Assembly: GCF_006345805.1 (NCBI RefSeq)
Contig: NC_043011.1
Span: 30,020,464-30,084,463 of the forward strand
DNA: 64,000 bases
Direction: 5' to 3'
DNA from: Octopus sinensis
Taxonomy: Eukaryota
The translations under genes were made by a program, and so were the position numbers. The notes beneath the pieces were generated by a model that saw nothing but the letters and a program-made list of their open reading frames with translations, was not told the DNA's origin and did not search any database. Each line of letters begins with the position of its first letter. The stretch's first letter is position 1. This document shows positions 37,243-51,015 of the stretch, piece by piece.

Positions 37243-38200
37243 CGAGGGGGTACCCAAAAGAAACTAGAATTTTGCAATATTATTTCACTCACTTAGTTTT
37301 ACATGTTTATACTTTTATCACCTTCAAAGTATTCTCCATTTGAAGCAATGCTTCATTCCAGATGCGTTTTCCATAGTTTGAAGCAGTCCTGGAACTCTTG
37401 AACTCTTGTGAAGTGAAATTTGAAGCAAGGCATCATTCCAGATGCGTTTTCCATAGTTTGAAGCAGTCCTGGAACTCTTGAACTCTTGTGAAGTGAAGCT
37501 TTTTAATGCCTCCATTGTTTTCTCTTGTTCTCTTCCACATCTGCAAAGGACCTTTTTCATTTGGGGGTAACAGAAAAAGAGTTACAGGTAGCAAAATAAA
37601 CTTGCAACTGTTCTTTCAGTTCATGATGCACATTCAGCCATGACTGCTTTTGATCTTTCATGAGCAAGCGAAGCACAAATGTTGCTGCAACTTTTTTCAT
37701 TCACAATTCCTCACTCAAAATTCGTTGGCAAGAGCTCCAGGATACACCAGTCATATCAACAAGTTTGTCAATTGCTTGGCAAAGTTCCTCCAAGATCAGT
37801 TCATGAATTTTTTTGTTTTTTGTTTGGGATGTTGATGGTCATCCTGAATGAGGTTGGTCTTTCTAAGGTGTAAAAAATCACTTGAATGTGAAAACCACTT
37901 GCGTGAAAACCACTTGCAAACTTGTACTTTGCTCATGGCAGTACTCTTTTAAGCTGTTTGAAGCATGGCAACTGTTTCAGCCACCGTTTTCCCCAACAGA
38001 AAACAGAATTTCATGGAAGCATGCTGTTCCTTCATTTCACCCATTGCAAAAATTGACAAACAGGGGAGAAGCATTGCAAAGCAAAGACACACCACAAAGC
38101 AGTATGACTCCACTTGATGTCGCTGATCAGAAGGGTTGCATCAAGTGACTTCTAGCAGTGGAAGCCTGAACTACAGCAGGCTTGCCCAATAGACAACGTT
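37243..38200 (-). mobile_element. Decayed, internally deleted mariner
   Basis: Minus frames give the N-terminus EQHASMKFCFLLGKTVAETVAMLQTA and C-terminus QEFQDCFKLWKTHLE*SIASNGEYFEG; one TIR-like end TA-CGAGGGGGTACCCAAAAG; 80-bp tandem duplication at 37339-37498. Confidence 0.75.
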
Positions 38201-39704
38201 TCTATAGAGCAAATAATTGCTTCAAAATAAGTGAATCATGCAACACCTAATGACAAATTTACTTCAAATGTCTTTTTCTAATTGTCTTTGAATTTCTAAA
38301 GTTTTGAACATCAGAGATTCCTTGTTATAGCATCTTCTAACATATATATATATATATATGTATGTATATATATGTATATGTAAGATAGATAGATAGATAT
38401 ACATATATCTGGCTGTTTTAATTTTGTTTAACTCTTGTCATAAAACAACTATTCATCTTCATTCATGAATATATCTCTCATAAATTTTAAAATATATAAT
38501 CATATTTTTGTCCAAATTTTTGCAATGAATGTCTTTTCTTTTTATTCAACAAGAAATATATTTTCCAAAATGCTAGCTTAATAACTTTGGTAAGTGTTTT
38601 AAATGTTGATGTGGAGAAATGAAGGCGGTAAAATTTTTCTAATTATCTAATATGTATTGCTTGATGTCATGTTAGAACTGCTTAATAAAATCACAGAAAG
38701 TTTTTTTTTATATAAACTGTTGGCATGTGTGATTATACATACAGACACATATGCATGCACGTGCCTGCATACACACACTTACACACATGCATGCACGCAC
38801 ACACAGACACACACACTTACACACATGCATGCACGCACACACAGACACACACACATTCACACATGCACATACACACACTTGCACACAGACACTCATGCAC
38901 AAACACATACATACACATGCACAAACACATGCACACAAACATACATGCACACACATGCAAGTACACACACATGTGCACACACACAAAGACACACATACAT
39001 GCACACACACATACTCATATACACTCACATACACACTCATTTATTCAACGATTTTAACATGTTAAATGATATTGCATATATATTAAGTAATATATTGACT
39101 GGATGGCCATGGTTAGAACACTTTTATGTTATCAACAAATATTGGGGCTTTTTAAAAGGAATATTTTCTCATATCAGGCCTAAATGTGCAAACGAAGGTG
39201 TACAGCTATATACGAGCAGAAACTAATTATACATAATTTTACTATTTTCATTAAGTTTTGCATTTTACTTCAGAATCATTGTGATGTATTTGTAAAATAG
39301 TAAATAACCTTGAACAATATGACTTTATGGGTTCACATGTATGATATTGTTTTAGGAACTTATGAAATATATTCTATTTATTATATTAAAGTGTTAACAG
39401 TAGATTCCTGTTGTGTAAAAAAACCTGTAATGGAAAGGAGATGGTAAACTTATGTGTGTTGTAGAGAGAGAGATTCAAATGAACACCACTAACATGTGAA
39501 CACACACACACACACGCTCTGTCAAACATACAAATGCTATTGATGTGCACACATACACACGTACATACACACACTGATGACAATTAGCTGCAGTGTGCAA
39601 GTCTGTATGATAGAATGGAGGATAAATGTATGTGCACATGCCATTAGCATTCATGTGTGTGAGTGTGTATATGTGCACATGCCAGTAGTGTTTGCTTGAC
39701 TTCC

Positions 39705-39736
<32 letters not shown>

Positions 39737-40869
39737 ACACACTATTTACCTGATGATTTAATTCATGCATCTTAAAGTAAATCATTGTCATGAAAGTGAA
39801 ACATCTATCTGTCTATTCTATTATCTATATATTAATAACCATGTTGTTAACTTACTCATAAAATGTGTGTGACGTTATGTCCTAGATATGAAGTATTTCT
39901 AACTATCTGTATATTAATAACTGTGTTACTGACTATATTCTTAGAAGTTGCGTAATGGTATATCATACTTATTCATTTAAAAAGTACTTAATATAATATT
40001 AAATGCTTCTTAGATTATTTTATTACCAAAATGGTGTTTGGAATATTACAGTAGACAATGAACAAAGAGCAAGATAGCAAGAATCGAATCAAGAGAAGTA
40101 GAGAGGACAGAGGGTAAGATTTGGAAAAGGGCAAAGTGAAGAAATAAGAATTAGGAATTCTGTATTCCTAATTCTTATTAGGGAGGATCAGGAATGACAA
40201 GAAGCGCTGTTAACTCAGGAGGCAAGTAATTAAATTAATGAAAAAAAAATAGAGCTAGAAAGTGTCACAGGATGAAGAGCAAAGAGTTAAAAGGAAAAGA
40301 ATGAGAATTATCAATCAAGAATGAAGGCAAAATATGAACGATGATGATTAGCAAGAATGTTACGAATGGACCAGATATGAAAACAGGTTAGAAGAAGAAA
40401 ACATGCTTGAGAAAATAAACAAGATTTTCAAGCAATTAGCCAACAATCATGAAGGAAATGACACGATATTATTATCATGTGTGGAGATGTTAATGTCTGA
40501 TACTGTATCACAAAAAGGGCCATGAGACTTCCATGGGTTCTGTTAGAAGTGATTTTAGCCTTTCACTATGCATCAGTTAGCTTGGACAAGCACTTAAGAA
40601 TAGGAAAATGGGTAATGCTTGGTTATTTTGTATAATGTGCAAACAGTTTTTAGAGCTAAAAATCTGGAAAGCAATCTCAGATATACATAAATTAATATGG
40701 TAACTATGTATTGAAAGACTAAAAAATAGTTTCCCATAGTTATAGTACTACTACAACATTGTAGACAAAATCAATTGTAAAATATCTTCACATTATCCAC
40801 ATGTATTACTCATTGGGGTGTGATTTCATTCATTCTGTCAGTTACACTGCATTGTAGCTAAACATGGAC

Positions 40870-41275
40870 TTTACATGTAAAGGATGTTCAAAGGCTGGAA
40901 AGGAAAGAGGTGACCCTGTTTCACTGGTGGTGTAATGTAAATTAGTGTAGATGAATGATGGAGCAGAGCTGAGGTGAGTAAGAACTGGATATAAGGAGAA
41001 TCAGGTGTAGTGTGTAAGAGAGAAAACAGAGCTGCTATGAACATGTGGTGTGTATGAAGGATGGTAATTGCAGGAAGATGTGCCAAACAATCCAAGTGGA
41101 AGGAGATTGCAGAAGTGGAAGTAAAGTTAGGGGTAAGGTGGTGAAAGCTGCTCTCAGAGATCTGTACCTCATGAATGAGATGACGAGGAATCATGGTAAA
41201 TGGTGAGATGCTGTCCTGTACTTTCAAATATCCATCAAACCCAACATAAAATGATGATGATGATGATGATGATTT
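40870..41275 (+). mobile_element. RTE-clade LINE 3' end with (GAT)n tail
   Basis: DVQRLERKEVTLFHWWCNV...YEHVVCMKDGNCRK...VVKAALRDL resembles the RTE ORF C-terminus; the listed 154-aa minus ORF is its antisense. Confidence 0.7.
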
Positions 41276-42204
41276 GTTATACTTTGATAAAGTAGACTGC
41301 ACAAATTTTGGCAAAATGACAGTTATTGGAGACATTTATATTTATGATTGATTGATTTTCCTTTAAGAAACCACTTGACCATGAAGTAAAAGGAGAAATT
41401 TCAGCAATGTTGCTCACTAAATGAACAAAATTACATTTCTTGCCCAGGGGCTTCTTCGCAAGGCTTGAACTCTTGAGAATATCATCAGTAAGCCATCACC
41501 CCTGAAAGGTTTCTAATCATTAGAGGTTATAATCAATTTCCTACATATGCCTGTCAGCTAACATTAAGTAGAAGTAGCTTTTCTTTATATTAGATACCAT
41601 ATCAATTCTTTGAGGCCATATCTGCATAGGAAAGTGGAGCAATAAACCTGCCTAGTGCTCTTATAAAGGTTAAAACACATTTTCCTCCTCCAAACATTTT
41701 ACTGTTAAATGTACATCTCGCATGGCCTTTCCATTTGATGCAAGAAAAACTTCATTTTGTATGTGTCTTAGATGTCATATAGCAATGAAAAATAGTTCTC
41801 AACCATCTGTCATTTGTGAAATGCCAAGACACTGCATCTTTCAAAACTTCTATGTTTCCTGAAATTCATCAATATTATTTCTGAGGTATTTCTGCACACT
41901 TTCCTCATTGTGGCATTTCACTGCTTATCTGGAGGGCTTTTCTGTGTTTTATTCTGTCTATTATTGATGCACTTTTGGTTTTCACTTCTCTTTTTTTCTT
42001 TACTAGAAGTCTAGCCTGAATAGTTGCCGTAGTGTAGAAGCAGCTAAATCCAAGGACAAGATGTTTGTGTTAAGTGAGGTGATAGATCATGACTATTATC
42101 CATATATTTATTTTTAAAAAATCAATGTGAACTAACAATCATTATGTTGTCGATGTCATGATGGATCCTGACACAGTGTCGAAAAAACATTTTGTGTTAT
42201 TTCT

Positions 42205-42395
42205 TTCAGCGCATTATATTCTGAGCTCAAATCCCACCAAAGTCAACTTCATTTTTGTTCTTTTGGTGAGTGGGTGGGTTGGGGGGAATAAAGTACCAAT
42301 CAAGTACTGGGTTCAATGGCATAAACTACACTCTACTTTCTACCCCCACACCCACCACCACCTAAATTTCTGGCCTTGTGCCTATAATCAGAAAC
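42205..42395 (+). mobile_element. Family A SINE, degenerate
   Basis: CTGAGCTCAAATCCCACCAAAGTCAACTTC... core similarity. Confidence 0.55.
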
Positions 42396-43156
42396 AATTA
42401 TGATAAATCCCTCATTTAAGATTTTAGTTAACAGTTTTGGTTCAAATTAATACATCAGTCCAAAGGCAAAATTGGATAAGCAAGCAAAAAAAGTACAAGC
42501 ATTATTTTCAAAATACTGATTTTGATATAATTCTAAGCAGCATTTTCTGAAGACGAATTCAGAAATTTTGATTTATTTTAGCAGAATAAAATATTGTTTG
42601 CAATGTTTGATTATTACTTATTTGTAATATGGCAGAAATATTATCTTATTTTGGCAAAGAATCCAATCTCTTCATATGGATAATGGCACAGAATACTTCT
42701 TTCTGTGTCATCAAATTTAACCTGAATTATGCATTTCCTTTTTGTATTAGTCCCGGATCTGGACTAAAGACATGCTCAGACACCACCTTCAAGGGTTTTA
42801 GGCAATTACATCACGCTTGACATTCAGATTTGTACACATTTTACTGATGTCTATACAATTCTATCACTGTCAATCTTTGAGTTATATCCCTTTTTTAAGA
42901 AGTAAATATCACAATCAGCTTTGAACAATTAACAAACACACACACACACATTCTGCAATGATTTGATAAGTGGTGCCAACTTTTACAATTCTGTAAATAA
43001 TAATAATTTTTTTGTATTAACTTAAAGCTTATACAAAATGCTATTATTTACAGAATTTATATATATATAACAATGGATAGACCATTGTTAAGTTCCAGAT
43101 TCAGTGATTATGCGAATAAAGGGTCCAACTTAAGTCATATATCAGCGTATGTAAAT

Positions 43157-43281
43157 AAAATTTTTTTGTAATGAGATAAAAAGCCAAAGCTGTGTAGATT
43201 TCAGAACATTTATAAATAGATTTATGAATGTTCTAAAATCTACACAGCCTTGGTTTTTTTATCTCAATAAGAAAAAATTTT
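43157..43281. repeat. Palindrome, about 60-bp arms, minimal loop
   Basis: GCCAAAGCTGTGTAGATTTTCAGAACATTTATAAAT / ATTTATGAATGTTCTAAAATCTACACAGCCTTGG. Confidence 0.85.
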
Positions 43282-43295
43282 TATATATATATATG

Positions 43296-43330
<35 letters not shown>

Positions 43331-43331
<1 letters not shown>

Positions 43332-43870
43332 AAACTCTACTTGTGAAGACGTGATGAGGCAAGTGAGGATCAGAATCGAAATCGATCAATGGAAATTGCG
43401 GATGTGCTACCAGTGCCGGTGGCATGTCAAAACTCTGCTTGTGAAGACCCGTTGAGGCAAGTGACGATCAGAATCGAAATCGATCAATGGAAATCGATCA
43501 ATGGAAATTGCAGATGTGTTACCAGTGCCGGTGGCATGTAAGAGAACTTTCCGTTTCGCGACCGTTGCCAGCACCGCCCCGTTTCATGTCTGTTGCCAGC
43601 CTCGCCTGGCCCTCGTGCCGGTGGCACATAAAAAGCACCATCCGTTCGTGGCCGTTTGCCAGCTCTGTCTGGCACCAGTGCGGGTGGCACATAAAAAGCA
43701 CCCACTACACTCACGGAGTGGTTGGCGTTAGGAAGGGCATCCAGCCGTAGAAACACTGCCAGATTTGACTGGGCCTGATGAAGCCTTCTGGCTTCACAGA
43801 CCCCAGTAGAACCGTCCAACCCATGCTAGCATGGAAAACAGACGCTAAACGATGATGATGATGATGATGA
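43331..43870 (+). mobile_element. RTE 3' UTR / family D element with internal tandem duplications
   Basis: Duplicated AAACTCT(A/G)CTTGTGAAGAC...GTGCCGGTGGCATGT unit; repeated GCCGGTGGCA motifs; (GAT)n tail. Confidence 0.7.
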
Positions 43871-44154
43871 CAAACACATACATGGGAACTGGGAACAGAG
43901 AGTGCAGGGGTGTAAGCACCCATCCTAAATTTTGGGTGGGGCTTCAAAATGAAAATTTGTACCTCTACTTACTTTTCTTGGGTTTAGAAAACAGTGAGTA
44001 AAAAGTGATCAGTAAAAAGTAGCTTGAAGTTAGATTTCTTTTCGAAGAACAAAAAACAAGAAGAAATAACAAAAGCAATAAAACCTTGTTTGTAAAAAAT
44101 ATTTGGGATCTTGGTTTGCAACCCCTAAGCAAATCTTCTTCCTGAGCCAGTGTA

Positions 44155-44195
<41 letters not shown>

Positions 44196-45879
44196 TTTTA
44201 TTCTTTTATTTGTTTCAGTCATTTGACTGCCGGAGCATTGCCGGAGCATTGCCTTTAGTTGAACAAAATGACCCCAGGACTTATTCTTTGTAAGTCTAGT
44301 ACTTATTCTATCAGTCACTTTTGCTGAACTGCTAAGTCACAGGGATGTAAACACACCAGCATGGTTGTCAAGCAATAATGGGAGATAAACACAGACACAC
44401 AAACACACACACACGTACACATATATACACACGCATACATATTGAAAAAGAAGAATAAGAAAATGCTTTGAGAAATTTTATCATGAATAAAAGAGAAAAA
44501 CTATTTACATTTTTATCAAAATCTGCTACTGTCTTCAGTTGCTTAAAAAGACAATTTAGTCATATTAAACTACGAAAAGGAAATAAATCTGAAATAAATT
44601 TAATCATGCATTTGTAACATCAGTTCTGAAAGTTTGCATGTTTTTCTTGCTGAAATTGCATGGTAGACTATGCTCCAACACAATTAGAAGGAAATGTGAT
44701 TTTTTTTCTAAGCAAAACGTATGAAATTCCAGAACTGATATCACGATAAAATAAGAGGTCCAAAGAGCAGCTGAGATTAACTTCTTTTGAAGTGGGATCA
44801 CGCCGACCATTTGGCAGTGAAAGAGTTCACTGTGCTTGTCATGGAAACCACCAAGGGATTTTTGTTCATTTGATGATACTGGAAAGTAAAAACAACGATG
44901 ATAGAATTAACCAAAATTTAAATGGATCTCACAACAATGTTTTAAACCGAAATTCAATTCCATGACCACTGATAACTTTTAGTAGCCACATTATGTTTTA
45001 AGTGTACCTGGGAATATCTCCCAGGCAGTGTTTTCTCATGCTATGATTCATGATACTTTCTGTCTATTTATAGTGAATTGGCCAAATACATCAATAATTC
45101 CTAGACAAACTGCAAATAAAGTAATTTTTCTCTATTTCTTATAGGACAGCTTTGTAATTTGTGTAAAAATACATGAGAAAAGAAAGAATCTTCAATGTTT
45201 TCAAAGATACTTTCATGATCCAACATTTCCCTTTCAATGATTTCGTGCTTAGATATTCTGCTTTCAACTTGTCAAAGTATTTGTAATTTAAGTTGATCTA
45301 TTGTAGTTATGGAGGTCTGCTGTATCTGCAACTTTATTATTTCTGTCTCCCCCACCAGATTGGAAAACTTGGCTTCTTGTTTCATTGAAAGTTGTTTTAT
45401 TTTTCATGATGTCTGTTATCTTGGTTACTTCATGATAAGAAAGATTTATGAAACTTTTAAGGTGAGACAGTAAAATTGTAGGGAAGTAGTGATGGTCTGT
45501 GTCTGAAGACAATGAGTACAAATTTTTTTTTTTTTGTTTTTTGTTTCACGGTAGAATAAATTATTTTGCCATGAGGAAAAGAATAAATGTAATTTTTCAT
45601 CCAGAACATTTTGTAAGGTTTTCAATTAAATGCTTGTTTGAATGTTTAACTTACTGTAGTGAATAAATGAATGTGGAGAGTAAGAGTGAAAAGTATTTAA
45701 TAAGATGAAGTAATGAAGTCACCAAGCGGAACAGTTAGTCATAATAGGGAGACAATGACAAGGTGAGTAGATGCAATATTTTCTAGAATATGAGTTGATG
45801 TAGTATATAGTGCAAATATGTAGTGTAAACATTTAGACTAGGACACGTGCCATGAGTAATTATTCAGAGTAGGCAGTTG

Positions 45880-46218
45880 GTGACGTCTATAGAGTCTGAG
45901 TCTGAGATCCCCTTCGGTCACAACATTGACCATGGGATTGCACCTAGAAAGTTACTCTCCCAGGCACAAGTCCGGGCAAGGTTGTTTATGGAAGACCAGC
46001 AGTCACCCATGCATACTGGCCTCCCCTCTCCAAAAGGCAAGGGCCAATACAGCTTGGCACCTGTGACGACGCAACCCATTTCTACAGCTGAGCAAACTGG
46101 AGCAACGTGAAATAAAGTGTCTTGCTCAAGAACACAACACGCAGCCCGGTCTGGGATTTGAGCTCACAACCTCGCGATCATAAGCTCGACGCTCTAACCA
46201 CTGAGCCATGTGCCTTCA
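45880..46218 (-). mobile_element. tRNA-derived SINE (family E)
   Basis: Homologous to 25630-25960. Confidence 0.75.
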
Positions 46219-46849
46219 TATATAGTAAAACAAAAAAAAATAGTGAAACACAAGCGTGCAACTGAGTTGAAAGCAGATTTACTTCTGTCTTTTCAGCATG
46301 TTAAGAAAACGCTGTTGTAAGAATCTATGCATAGTTTTAATACTGAGACCAAAAAGCAGGGGCATATTAAGCCTACCTAATCTACAAAAATATGAAGCAT
46401 TTTGCATTTTATGCATAATAATCAGAGTAATCTTCATAATTTTATTGAATCAGGTGCATATTTTGCCATAAAAGGAAAATGTTACTATCGATCTATTTCC
46501 TTCAGAATAGGCACTGCCTACCTTGCCTACCCAGGTGGCACGTCCCTGATTTAAACCTTGTTACTATCTTTCCAAATCCTGCTGCATTTTATGTGGATGT
46601 TTTTGTCTTCCAAAGTCGTCTTAGAGAATAAGTCGACTTACTTTTTTCTGGTTGTATATTTTGGTCTGAAAAGTTCACCTTGTATGCTGGAAAATATGGT
46701 AATCAACATGAATGTAGGAATATTTAAAGATCAGTAACTGAAGAGACAAAAAATGCTTTTAGACTAACAAATGATTTAATCCAAATTATTCAAATCATGT
46801 TAAAATTTCAGACAATACTTGACATTTCTCAGAAGCCAATGATAGCAAA

Positions 46850-47200
46850 CCTATGACATCTGTCAGCATTGGCACTATACAGGGTTTTAGGTGACACGTA
46901 ATAGACTTTGACAAAATAAATAAATCTCCAAACAATACCATGTTATAAAAAGTTTATCTCTAAGCATTTACCTAGAGAATGATTCTGAGAACATACTGGC
47001 AAGACCAAATAACCAATAAAGACAGTCTAAAGAGAGCTAACACAAAATCACTTTAGTGAAATCATTACAGAACAAATTAAAACTAGCACATACTTCATTT
47101 ACGATAACAATGCCATTCTAAAACAGCTTCCAAATGGACACCACTTGAGAGGAAAAAATAGAGTGGAAGGCTGAAAATTATCACATGAGCAAATGCAAAG
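46850..47200 (+). mobile_element. Highly decayed RTE-like LINE C-terminal fragment
   Basis: ILRTYWQDQITNKDSLKRA...KWTP-like remnants. Confidence 0.45.
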
Positions 47201-48324
47201 GGAACTGCAGCTAACAGGAACTAGTGGTGTCAACTTACTGTCCAATATGCTCAAAAGCAGAGGAGCAACTGTAACCAATACATGTCAGTAACAGTCCAAA
47301 GACTGAATACTAATCAAACACTGTTTATACTTTAACTTTCTATTGGCCAAAAATCACGTGAAATCTCACAGAACAGTGATCATATAAGATAAGAATTAGT
47401 CACATTGACAAATAAGATATTACATATTTCCATATTTTGCAGTTCAAAATTTGTTGCTTACTTTTTGGTGTTTGAAATTATCAACCACCAGGCATCAGAT
47501 TTTCTTAAAGAGAGCTTTTTACAGCTAAATCGACTGCTATAAAACAGTCTCTTCCATCTCTGTCAAAATAAGTGTTAACCAATCTCCTTTTTTACGACTT
47601 CATAGCACTGGGATACTCTTCAATAATAATTAGGTGCTGTCTCTTTCAAAACTATAACTTGACATGAATGTGGTCCATCATCATTTTATATAATTTAAAT
47701 AATGGAGAAATGTTGATTTGAAATGCTTCCAACAGTCTAACCTTCGAATTTTGTTTTAAAAAAGTTATAATACTTAAATAATTAATTTATTTATGAATTT
47801 TATTTTTATATATTTTATAGAATTAGCTTATTTTATCATCTGAAAGTCAGCTTATCAAGCTAGGTTAAATAAAAAAGCATAATTTAAATTTTTCTTTAAT
47901 TCAAAATTTTATTAAATTTTCATTCTCTTAATTTTATTAATTTTTTTTCCCATGACTCTCAAAATAAGATAAATTTATCATTTTTCTTTAATATTTATAA
48001 AACTTTTGCGAATATTCTAAGAATTTTAAAATTTGTGGTTTAAATTTCACAAAAATGCTAGTCAGGGCACATATATATTTTGCCTCTAAAATCCCAATTA
48101 TGGTAATTGCTTTTTCTAATTAATGAAGAGCATGTTGATTCCCTGTAGATGGTTAGCAGGTTATGTGAATGGCTTAAAATTCCCACCAATAGTATCTCAT
48201 GGTGGACTTATTTTACATAAATTCCAATAGTTAATCAACAACAACAACAACAAAAGGATTATGAAAAGGAAAACATTTCTTAGAATGAATTAAAAATAGA
48301 AAACTCAAGTAAAAATTAACACCG

Positions 48325-48366
<42 letters not shown>

Positions 48367-48762
48367 ATACACACACCCTCACTCACACTTAAGGCAAAGG
48401 ATTCATTTAATTCAATTTCATGTTACTCTCAGGTACTGGTCATGTGAGTTCAGTTTTGTAACAAGTCAAGTTGAAGTCAGACTTGAGTATGTGTATATAA
48501 TATATAGACATATGTATATATTGGCATATATATGGGTGCATGTGTGGCTGTATGAATACGGGGTTTACCAGAAAGATGCATGGCTGGTGAATATCAATCT
48601 AGCTATCTGTCTGTGTGTCTGTCTTTCTGTCTGTCTGTGTGTCTGTGTGTCTGCCTGCCTGCCTACCTACCTACCTACCTACCTACCTACCTATCTATCT
48701 ATATATTTATCTATCTATCTATTTATCTACCTATCTATCTGTCTAGATAGATTGATAGATAG

Positions 48763-48994
48763 AAGGCAGCGAGCTGGCAGAAACGTTAGCATGCCGGGCA
48801 AAATGCTTAGTGGTATTTTGTCTGCCGTTATGTTCTGAGTTCAAATTCCGCTGAGGTCGACTTTACCTTTCATCCTTTCGGGGTCAATTAAATAAGTACT
48901 AGTTACGCACTGGGGTTGATATAGTCGACTTAATCCACTTGTCTGTCCTTTTTTGTCCTCTCTGTGTGTAACCCCTTGTGAGCAGTAAAGAAAT

Positions 48995-48997
<3 letters not shown>
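48763..48997 (+). mobile_element. Family A SINE inserted in (GATA)n
   Basis: Full head, core and tail. Confidence 0.9.
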
Positions 48998-49057
<60 letters not shown>

Positions 49058-49820
49058 GTATAGATAGATAGATAGATAGATAGACAAACAAATAGACAGG
49101 TAAATAGATAAATAGATAGAGAGATAATCAGGAGATTATCTGCTATCCTAATAACACACATATATCATTCAGCCATTGGGTGTAGCTAAGATTCAACTAG
49201 GGATGGGGTGTGTGATTGGTTCCCAATTACTGATCATGGATCCACCATTAATCATTTAATTTACCAATACCACCCCGACAACCCTCATCATCATCAACAA
49301 TAATGGCAGCAATCAAATCCATAACCACTAAATGGTTATGGATTTGTTTGCACAGCATGGCACCATGAGCAAGAGTCAGTGCTGATGCCTTGTACAATAG
49401 CTTCAAGTCATACTATTTTATCAAAAAGTAACTTTATTATCTGATAAATAATGAAAAGAGTGAAAAGATAAGCATGAGGTTAGTATGATCAACTAAAATT
49501 CTTGAAAGCAGTGTCTCAGAATGACCAGTGTCCAATATTTGAAGCCAGTGAAAAAAAATAGAAAAACTAAGTTTTTTTCCTCCATTTCAGTTATGACAAA
49601 GGATACAAAGAGTCTTGAAAAGTGTGTAAACAAAGTGTTTCATATAAAGGCTGGGTTCCAGTTTGGTCTGGACCATGATAGCCAATGCAAACTAAAGAAC
49701 AATAACTAACAAACCAAATCAATACCCATCGATGGCTTTTATATTTCCATTACTACCTTCATCTTACATTTTTCATGACACTTTTTAGTCGCAAACGAAC
49801 AATAAGTGGTAAATACAATA

Positions 49821-50362
49821 TTGGGTTGTCCGGAAAGTTTGTGCCAATTTTTAAAGGAAAGAAAAATGTCAATAAATACTTGCCATTATATTTTTTTGCA
49901 CAATGCATCTCCATCTTTCCTTTAACTTGAAAATACCCTCTTCCCGGAATTGAAAGTGGTTTCATGGCAAAGAATTCATCAAGGTATCTTTTTATGTCAT
50001 CCAAGGAATTGAAATTTTTACCATTAAGACTATTCTGTAGAGACCTGAATAAGTGGAAATCCGAAGGAGCAATATCTGGTGAATATGGAGGGTTGGGTAA
50101 CACATTCCAGCCGAGCTGCAGCAATTTTTGTCTGGTTCCCAAAGCATCAAGTGCCGAAAATGAACTTTCTTATTTTCCATTTAAAGGGTTACAGAACATA
50201 AAGGAACATATAGGAACATAAAGCTTCTTCCACGAAAAGATAGCTTAAACTCTGCTCTAAATGGAGGTGTAGTCAAATCCTATTTTATGGACTCAACCAT
50301 ATTCTAAAATAAGTCAACATGTAAGCTACAATAAAATGGCACGAACTTTCCGGACAACCCAA
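49821..50362 (-). mobile_element. Internally deleted mariner (542 bp) with both TIRs and TA TSD
   Basis: TIRs TTGGGTTGTCCGGAAAGTT(T/C)GTGCC at both ends; TA at 49819-20 and 50363-64; MENKKVHFRHLMLW joined to TRQKLLQLGWNVLPNPPYSPDIAPSDFHLFRSLQNSL. Confidence 0.92.
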
Positions 50363-50689
50363 TACATAGTCTCATGGAAGTGGTACATGGCAAATACTCT
50401 GATTTGAGTATATAAAGTGTATTTTGATGAAAATAAATTGTTAATAATCGATACTCTTTGGTGTCTATGCAACTAAGTTACTGTGTATATAAAATTATGT
50501 ATACTAATTTTTTTCTTCTTGCAAATATTTTGGAATTAATCAAGAGTTCAGTTGATTTTAGCCGAATTCAAAGAGATGGTATTATTCCACAGAGAACATT
50601 CAACAACAGCTTTTAAAAATCTCATTCAATCAACATTCATTTCCCAAGACATTCAAATGAAATGATTATGGAAATCGGTTTTTTTTTGC

Positions 50690-50711
50690 ATGTGTGTGTG
50701 TGTGTGAGTGT

Positions 50712-50754
<43 letters not shown>

Positions 50755-51015
50755 TGTGTGGGTGTTTGTGAGTGTGTGTGCACATGTGTGTATGTGCACA
50801 TGTGTGGGTACACGTGTGGGTGTGTGTAAGCATGTGTGTGTGCATGTGTGTGCACGTGTGTGTGCACATGTGTCAGTATGTGTACATGTGTCTATATGCA
50901 CATCTGTGTGTGTGTACATGCATGTATGTGCACATGTGTGGGTGTATGTGTGTGTGTGTACATCTGTGTGTGAACGTGTGTGTGCATGTGTGTGTGTGTT
51001 TGTTTGCATGTGTGT
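50690..51015. repeat. Degenerate (GT)n/(GTGCAT) microsatellite
   Basis: Directly visible; a similar (CA)-rich tract lies at 38735-39040. Confidence 0.9.

Noticed and set aside
38657-39226. 189-aa ORF and overlapping His/Thr/Cys/Val-rich ORFs (also 50637-51145 and 61280-62013)
   Set aside because: Translations of degenerate (CA)n/(TATG)n microsatellites.
40871-41335. 154-aa minus-strand ORF
   Set aside because: Antisense to a decayed RTE LINE 3' end.
46357-46548. Possible small MITE (CAGGGGCAT...ACGTCCCTG)
   Set aside because: The terminal match is short and no TSD was found.
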